This document shows, piece by piece, positions 56,706 through 64,000 of a DNA stretch of 64,000 nucleotides. The translations under genes and the position numbers were made by a program. The stretch's first letter is position 1. The number at the start of each line of letters is the position of its first letter. The DNA comes from Octopus vulgaris (lineage: Eukaryota): the NCBI GenBank assembly GCA_951406725.2, contig OX597817.1, positions 4,216,001 through 4,280,000 of the forward strand. The letters run 5' to 3'. The notes below the pieces were generated by a model, which was not told the origin of the DNA, did not search any database, and saw nothing but the letters and a program-made list of their open reading frames with translations.

Positions 56706-57209
56706 TCTGATGGTACCGATCACCCCGCTCCCTCTTTCAATAACGCCATAGCATCATGACATCAAGAGCCATGCTTTATGCTTGTTGAAGATCTCGTTTT
56801 CAACCTGAAGCAAATATTGCCTTTTTTCTTCTGCTCGTTGTAGTTGCTGCTTTTGTTTTTGGTGTTTTTTTTTTTCTTGGTCAGCTTGGGATGATCACAG
56901 AGAATCGTGCCTGCTACACTACTACTAGATTTATTGTTATGGGCAATGGAGAAATTGTTATTTGTGAAGTGGGGACGGTGACGGCAATGGTCTCTTCGCT
57001 TTTTTCTTCTGCTTCGACAAAAATAGGGCTGGTAAATCAGCTTGCAACCGGACTGCTTTGCCTGACAATGTGAAGGATTAGGGCGAGGTGGGAAAGATTA
57101 TCTATTGTAATCGATTTAGCATTCTCCATTCTCTTTCTCTAATCTGGCCATTTCGAAATTTCAAAACACAGGATGTTTTGAACGGGACATAGAAGCCCGA
57201 TTTCTTTGG

Positions 57210-57233
57210 ATAGTAGTAGTAGTAGTAGTAGTA

Positions 57234-57273
<40 letters not shown>

Positions 57274-57337
57274 AAGAAGAAGAAGAAGAAGAAGAAGAAG
57301 CAGAATACGAAGTAGTATTATTATTAGTAGTAGTAGT

Positions 57338-57372
<35 letters not shown>

Positions 57373-57430
57373 TAGTAGTAGCAGTAGTAGTGTTAGTAGT
57401 AGTAGTAGTAGTCGTAGTAGTAGTAGTAGC

Positions 57431-57477
<47 letters not shown>

Positions 57478-57497
57478 CAGCAGCAGCAGTAGCAATG

Positions 57498-57553
<56 letters not shown>

Positions 57554-57555
57554 TA
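57210..57555. repeat. (TAG)n/(AAG)n/(CAG)n microsatellite
   Basis: Direct reading. Confidence 0.95.
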
Positions 57556-57738
57556 AGAAGTAAGAAAGGGAGGCCAAATGAAGAAATTATCTTATATAAT
57601 TTCTATCTTTTCATAGACTGATTCCTTTTCTTTCTCATCTTTTTACCATCTTTCTGTCTTTCCCGCTTTCTGCCTATCATTTCTAACTTCCTTGCATTGT
57701 CTTCGCTTCCTTTTTTCTAATTCCCTCCCACTATATTC

Positions 57739-57782
<44 letters not shown>

Positions 57783-57874
57783 ATACATGCACAAATACAC
57801 ATACTCATGAGAAGAAGGTACGTCGAGAGATTCGGACGATTAGCCCGACACCCTGCAGCTCCGTGCGAATATAA

Positions 57875-57925
<51 letters not shown>

Positions 57926-58006
57926 CACATACACACACACACATATATATATATATATACACACACACATATACATATGCATACATACATACATACATAC
58001 ATACAT

Positions 58007-58060
<54 letters not shown>

Positions 58061-58073
58061 GTATGTATACAGA

Positions 58074-58128
<55 letters not shown>

Positions 58129-58737
58129 TGGTCTGTGAGACCGATAATAGTGGATTTAACATTGATAATTGACACCTTTCGGTCGAAATCGCGGCTCCAC
58201 CCACGATATGTGTATGTTTATACGTATGTATGTATGTATGTTTGTATGTATGTCGGACGGTCTGTCTGTCTGTCTCTATCTATCTATATATTAGTCTTGT
58301 GTATATAAATGTATATAAGTGCAATATATATTACATAAAAGTGTGTGTGTGCTCGCGCACGCTACAGTGTGTGTAGATACGTACTTATGTAAGTATTTAG
58401 ATAAAATTTATTACACTGCAATATATATGTAGTGATGTATGATGTACAGTAAGAAATTCAATTTAATTACGTGCATTCTGTATATAAAGTAATATTATAT
58501 GTATATATATATTTAAATACAAACATATATACATATATATATATACATATATATATATATGTATATATACATAAGTATACATACATATATATATATATAG
58601 ATATATACAAACATATATATATACATATATATATATATATTTATATATGTATGTATGTACGTATTTGTACATAAGCATATATATATATGTAATATATATA
58701 TATATAGTATACATATATATATATATATATATATATA

Positions 58738-58784
<47 letters not shown>

Positions 58785-58884
58785 ATGTAGATATACTTAC
58801 CTATGTAATATACATATATGTATGTATATATATTTATATATGTATGTGTGTATATATATGTATATATATATATATATATATACA

Positions 58885-58935
<51 letters not shown>

Positions 58936-58972
58936 ATATATGTATGTGTACATATGTGCATAAATATATGTG

Positions 58973-59008
<36 letters not shown>

Positions 59009-59255
59009 CATAAGTACACAGATATGCATATATAAATGTGTGTGTGTGTATATACATACCTATCTACACACACGCACACATATACACTTTTATATATATA
59101 CATACGTATAGATATACACATCGCAGGTGCATTGATATAACTTTGCTTACGTTTCCTGGTGAAATTATTTTATCCTTTCTAATTTATTGATTCGTTTTCC
59201 GTTTCGTTTTGTCTTTTTCTTTTTGCCTATTCTGCCTCATGAGCCACTCCTTCCA

Positions 59256-59307
<52 letters not shown>

Positions 59308-59891
59308 CACACACACACACACACACATACATATTCACATCACACACACATACATATTCACATCACACACACACACATATTCACATCACATATACATATA
59401 CATATACACAGAATCGTTAAACAAGTCTTTCTGTTTATCAACTTTCTTCCTCCTCCGCTCCCTCTCAAACACTCAACCATTCCTACCCACTCACTTCCAC
59501 TCGCGTCTTCACGTCTCTATGACAATTTTCCGAAACTCTTCCTAGTCACCGTTTTCTCATATTCACATTTTCTTTCTCTTTCTTCATTCTCACTCAAACG
59601 CTCATTTCCTTTTCATCCACTTGTTATCCTTTACTCTCCCTTCAACTCCTTTTTTTTAATGCCTATCCCCTAATTCTTTTACTCACTGTATAGAACTCTC
59701 CCCCTCTCTCTCTCTTTCTCCTGCGCCTACTTATTCTGTCTTCCCCTACTTTTGCCATCATCTATCTCGATTACTTGCTTTCTTAGTCATTGAAACCTTC
59801 CATTCTACGTTCCTATCTTTTCCCTACACGTTTTCTGAATCACATATTCACTCATTTATACATCCATTCTCTCACTCAATAGGATTCATCA

Positions 59892-60231
59892 TACTCACTC
59901 ACTCACTCACTCACTCACTCACTCACTCACTCACTCACTCACTCACTCACTCACTCACTCACTCACTCACCCACCCACCCACTCACTCACTCACTCATTC
60001 ACTCACTCACCCACCCACTCACTCACTCTCTCACCCACTCACCCACTCACCTACCCACTCACTCACTCTCTCACTCACTCGCTCACTCACTCACTTACTC
60101 ACTCACTCACTCACTCACCCACTCACCCACCCACTCACCCACTCACCCACTCACTCACTCACTCACTCACTCACCCACTCACTCACTCACTCACTCACTC
60201 ACTCACTCACCCACCCACTCACTCACTCACT
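59892..60231. repeat. (ACTC)n/(ACCC)n microsatellite
   Basis: Direct reading. Confidence 0.95.
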
Positions 60232-61429
60232 ATATAATATTAGCAGTCACATTACACATCCGCTTTTCGAACCAACAAGTGAATCCCTACATGGTTGATT
60301 AACCTGCCCGAAATAACAATGGAATTTTCCTCAAATCAAACTTACAGAACAAAGGAAACGGTGGATGACCCACAATATCATATGTGCGCCCCCTCATCAT
60401 AGGTTTGTTTCCTCATAACATTCTCTAAAATGGATATTGCTTAAAGCAATTTTCAACAAACATCTTTCAGGTAGAGTAGATTCCGAAATAATCTGAATTA
60501 GTTCTGAAAAAAAATGTTCAGGCGAGTAGGAAGAATTTTGGATAATTCACATGAGTCAACTTTATTTCCTTATAACTTTTAGAAAAATGAAGTCGGGGGT
60601 ATGTTTAAAGGAAATTTTTCATAACTGCCTTTGAGATGGTATCGATTTCGATTATATCATAATTTAACGTAATACAAATAAGCAACTGGTGGTGGTGGTG
60701 GGGGGGGGGCATACAGACTGATACACATCACAAAGTATTTTTCAAAATTTCAAGTTTGCTTTTATAGATATATGTGTGATGTGTGTCAGTATGTATGTTT
60801 GAGCGCCCACTAAGTTTTTCTTTCTATTTTTTTTTTGCTTTTCTTTTCCCATTAAATTCCTATATAAATCCTAATCCATCTGAAAGGTATTTGGAGAAAA
60901 TTTCATTAAAAAATTTCAATATTTCCGAGAGTTATGAGGAAGTAAAATCGGGGATCCACACATGTGTAGTTATGCCCTGCAAAGCTATACCTGGGAAAAG
61001 TCAGGACTTGCATAGCCAAGAATTTTCTGTTCTTATGTATACTCAAATCAGGTTAAAAAGTCAACAAAAACTCTTTCCTTTTCTCCCATCCTTTTCCATT
61101 CCTTCATTTCATTTCTGTTATATTCCAGGATGGTCATTTTTGTTTTTGTTTTCGCCATATAAACACACGCACTTCTTCACACACTTTCCTTACTTCGGTT
61201 TTATTATTGTTCCTATTTTAGTGTCCGTTTTCTGACATCTTTTATCACACATCCCGTGGGCTCTTCATCTGACGTGTCTCCTGTTTATTTTGAAAAAAAA
61301 GAAAAAGAAAAAAAACATCCCCAAATACAACAATATCTGTTTCAAGAACCGATTCGATTTCACCTCAGAAATCTTACAATACGAATACAGAAGCATTTCA
61401 AATGTTAAAATGTTAATATTATCTTATAT

Positions 61430-61605
61430 ATGCTTAGCGGTATTTCGTCTGTCTTTACGTTCTGAGTTCAAATTTCGCCGAAGTTGACTTTGCTTTCATC
61501 CTTTCGGGGGCGATAAATTAAATACCAGTTGCGCACCGGGGTCGATCTAATCTACTGGCCCCCTCTCCCAAAATTTCGGACCTTGTGCCTAGAGTAGAAA
61601 AGAAT
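61430..61605 (+). mobile_element. SINE family A copy, 5' truncated
   Basis: TGCTTAGCGGTATTTCGTC...GAGTTCAAATT...CTTTCATCCTTTCGGGG...AGAGTAGAAAAGAA. Confidence 0.82.
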
Positions 61606-62027
61606 ATCATTTTATATATATTACCAAGCATCGTTTTTCACAAACTGATTGATAACTCACGTAAGCCAAGACAAATAGAGGACAACAAGCTGAATGGTTC
61701 TGGCTCCGTATTCTGTGCTGTATCTTAAACATTGCCATGGCATTTTAAACTCCCAGCGACATCAACAAAACCACAAAGGTGTCTCATGTCCGGCACAAGC
61801 AACCTTACTCGAAAAGCGAGTCGCTTGACACATGCTTAATACCAGAAGAAAAATTCAATGCAATTTTTCCTTAGATGAGCCATTCAGAAAATTCCGCAGG
61901 CTGCAGTTTGCCCATGGCTGCTTTACGTGATCGAGTGACATTTTAGAGATAGCAACCAAATCTTCCCCAAATCACTAAGACAATGATTGGAGGGAGGAGG
62001 GACGGAAGTTACTTAACAGAAATAATA

Positions 62028-62748
62028 GGGATCTTTTCTGTTTGGTTGCCAAGCCTTCAAAAATTAAAATTTATTGAAAATTTTAGAATTTGGTACATTA
62101 ATGTAGTATTCCAAAATGAATTGTTGAAGATATTTCCCTTTTTCCAGAATTAGAAAAAAAAAAAAGAAGTAATTATAAAAGTTTAAAGTTTGATCATTTT
62201 CAGCCAGTCAGTTAACAAGATTTGGAAGCTGTCATTTTGTGCGTGGCTGCACATTTCGTCAACAACTTATAAATAGCACATGTTGTCAATATTTGTATTC
62301 TACGGGCAGAATATGGGTTAACAACACGTATTTTGTATTTTTATGCTTCCAATATGCATTTTATGCGATAAAAAGCACATTACAAATTAAATATTTCTCA
62401 AAATAAGAGATCTATCTAGAAACAAAATCAAATAGATCAGTAAAATTTCCAGGTGGGTAAAACAGTAGAACACGGCGTCAACAAGTGCTTTCACTATATT
62501 TGGCAACACGTGCTTTCTCGCAAACAAAAGAGTTATCATGTTCGGCTTGTTACTATGAAAACAGACATGAATGTATCTGTGGCTTACGATTGGCTAAAAT
62601 TACCCAAAATTTTCAAACTTTAATATTTATCAATTTATGGCGAAAATGACTTTCATGGCATTGATTAGCCTATAATAGTGTATCATTACATAGAATATGA
62701 AATCAATTCGAACGGAAATTGACCTTGGCAGCCAAACAGAAAAGACCC
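62028..62748. mobile_element. Non-autonomous TIR DNA transposon (possibly PIF/Harbinger-like)
   Basis: TIR GGGATCTTTTCTGTTTGGTTGCCAAG / CTTGGCAGCCAAACAGAAAAGACCC, plus weaker subterminal inverted similarity (about 62178-62214 vs 62583-62620). Confidence 0.7.
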
Positions 62749-62779
62749 AAAAGTAGTTTTAGTATTCTGTATGTGGCTT

Positions 62780-63425
62780 CTAGGCACACAGTCCCACTGC
62801 CTGGTACCTTGGGTAAGTGTCTTCTACTATAGCCTCTGACCGACCAAAGCCTTGTGAGTAGATTTATAATAATAATAATGAAATTATTGTATACATACAA
62901 CAGAGAGAAAGAAAGAAACGCAAGTTTGGAGAAGAAAGATGGCCGATGGTCACGTGGGAACCACTTGAGCAAGGGAGGGAGAGTGAGGGAGAGAGAGTGA
63001 CAGACAAAGAGCTGTAAAGAGGGTGGAAAAAATTGGAGAGAGGATAAGTTAGAAAAGAAGAGGAGAAGGAGAAGGGGAGGTAGAAGAATAAAAGAGAGAA
63101 AGAGAGAAAAATGAAAGAGTAAAAAGATAGTAGAGATCGCATCAGAATTATCTCAGGTGTAGATGGAAATTAAAAGAAGCCAGTCGCATACGTCTTTATG
63201 TATGTATCGTTGTGTGCGTGTCTTTGTGTCCGTGATTGTTCGCCACCAGCACTCGACAACGGGTGTTAGTGTATTCACGCACCGTAATTAAGCGGTTCGT
63301 CAAAAGAGCCCGAGAAAATAAGTACCAGGCTTTTAAAGATAAGTCTCTTGGTTGATTTGTTCGACTAGAACCCTTCAAGGCGGTGCCCCAGCATGGCTGC
63401 CGTAAAAATTGATTGAAAGTAAAAA
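62780..63425 (+). mobile_element. SINE family B copy interrupted by a purine-rich insert
   Basis: CAGTCCCACTG..CCTTGGGTAAGTGTCTT at 62790-62860; the element resumes at GTAGATGGAAA (about 63158) and runs to the tail GGCGGTGCCCCAGCATGGC. Confidence 0.72.
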
Positions 63426-63777
63426 AAAAATAAATGGTAAGAGATATGTATATGTACATGCGTGTGTGTGTGGGGGGGTGCGAAGGAGTGCCATGCCTGA
63501 AGGAAAAACAAAAACAATTTTTTTAAAAGAATAAAAGAATTGGGCACGACGTGAACAGTTTTAATAAGTCCTTTCGATCATGCTGACCTGTGACTAAACA
63601 ACAACGACTAGCGCGCGCACACACACATACAGACACGCACACATACACACACACACACACACACACTCTCTCTCTCTCTCTCTTTCTCTGTCACTCACAC
63701 ACGCGCACTCTCTCATTCACACACACACATACTCTCTCTCTGTCACATACACACACTGTCTCTCTCTCTGACTTTGT

Positions 63778-63809
<32 letters not shown>

Positions 63810-64000
63810 CTCTCCATCACGCACACATACACACTTTCACACACGCACACACTGTCACACACACAAACGCACATACACTCTCACTGTCACGTACACACTC
63901 TCTCTGTCACACACACAAACACACACACACACACACAAACTCTCTCTCTCTCCCTCTGTCACACACACACAAACTATCTCACACACACTCACACATTCAC

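Noticed and set aside
60783-61235. 150-aa ORF
   Set aside because: Phe/Ser-rich product of T-rich sequence with a GTG start and no motif.

Overview
This is eukaryotic, AT-rich, non-coding DNA, almost entirely microsatellites and transposable-element relics. The SINE families and the extreme (TA)n/(TG)n/(TTA)n/(GGT)n load suggest an octopus (coleoid cephalopod) intron or intergenic region; this is inferred from memory of such repeats, not from a search. I find no supportable host exon, rRNA, intact tRNA, CRISPR array or prokaryotic system, and nearly all ORF-track entries are translated simple repeats. Recognisable content: (1) at least four tRNA-derived SINE families, including multimeric copies with clear TSDs; (2) a full-length dead Tc1 DD34E transposon, a mariner relic and two mariner MITEs; (3) two Helitron-type and one Helentron/HINE-type non-autonomous elements; (4) a CpG-rich foldback MITE with a 9-bp TSD; (5) CR1-group LINE relics and a Penelope GIY-YIG relic; (6) R4/Dong-like fragments inserted in (TAA)n; (7) a young 47-48 bp minisatellite. 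The best leads are hammerhead-ribozyme-like folds in short (TA)n-embedded elements, several perfect or near-perfect hairpins and inverted SINE pairs (possible ADAR substrates), a perfect ETS-CRE motif upstream of the Tc1 transposase, and a minisatellite whose unit carries ETS, GATA and RUNX motifs. None is a demonstrated new biological system. Coordinates were read by eye and boundaries of degenerate elements are approximate.
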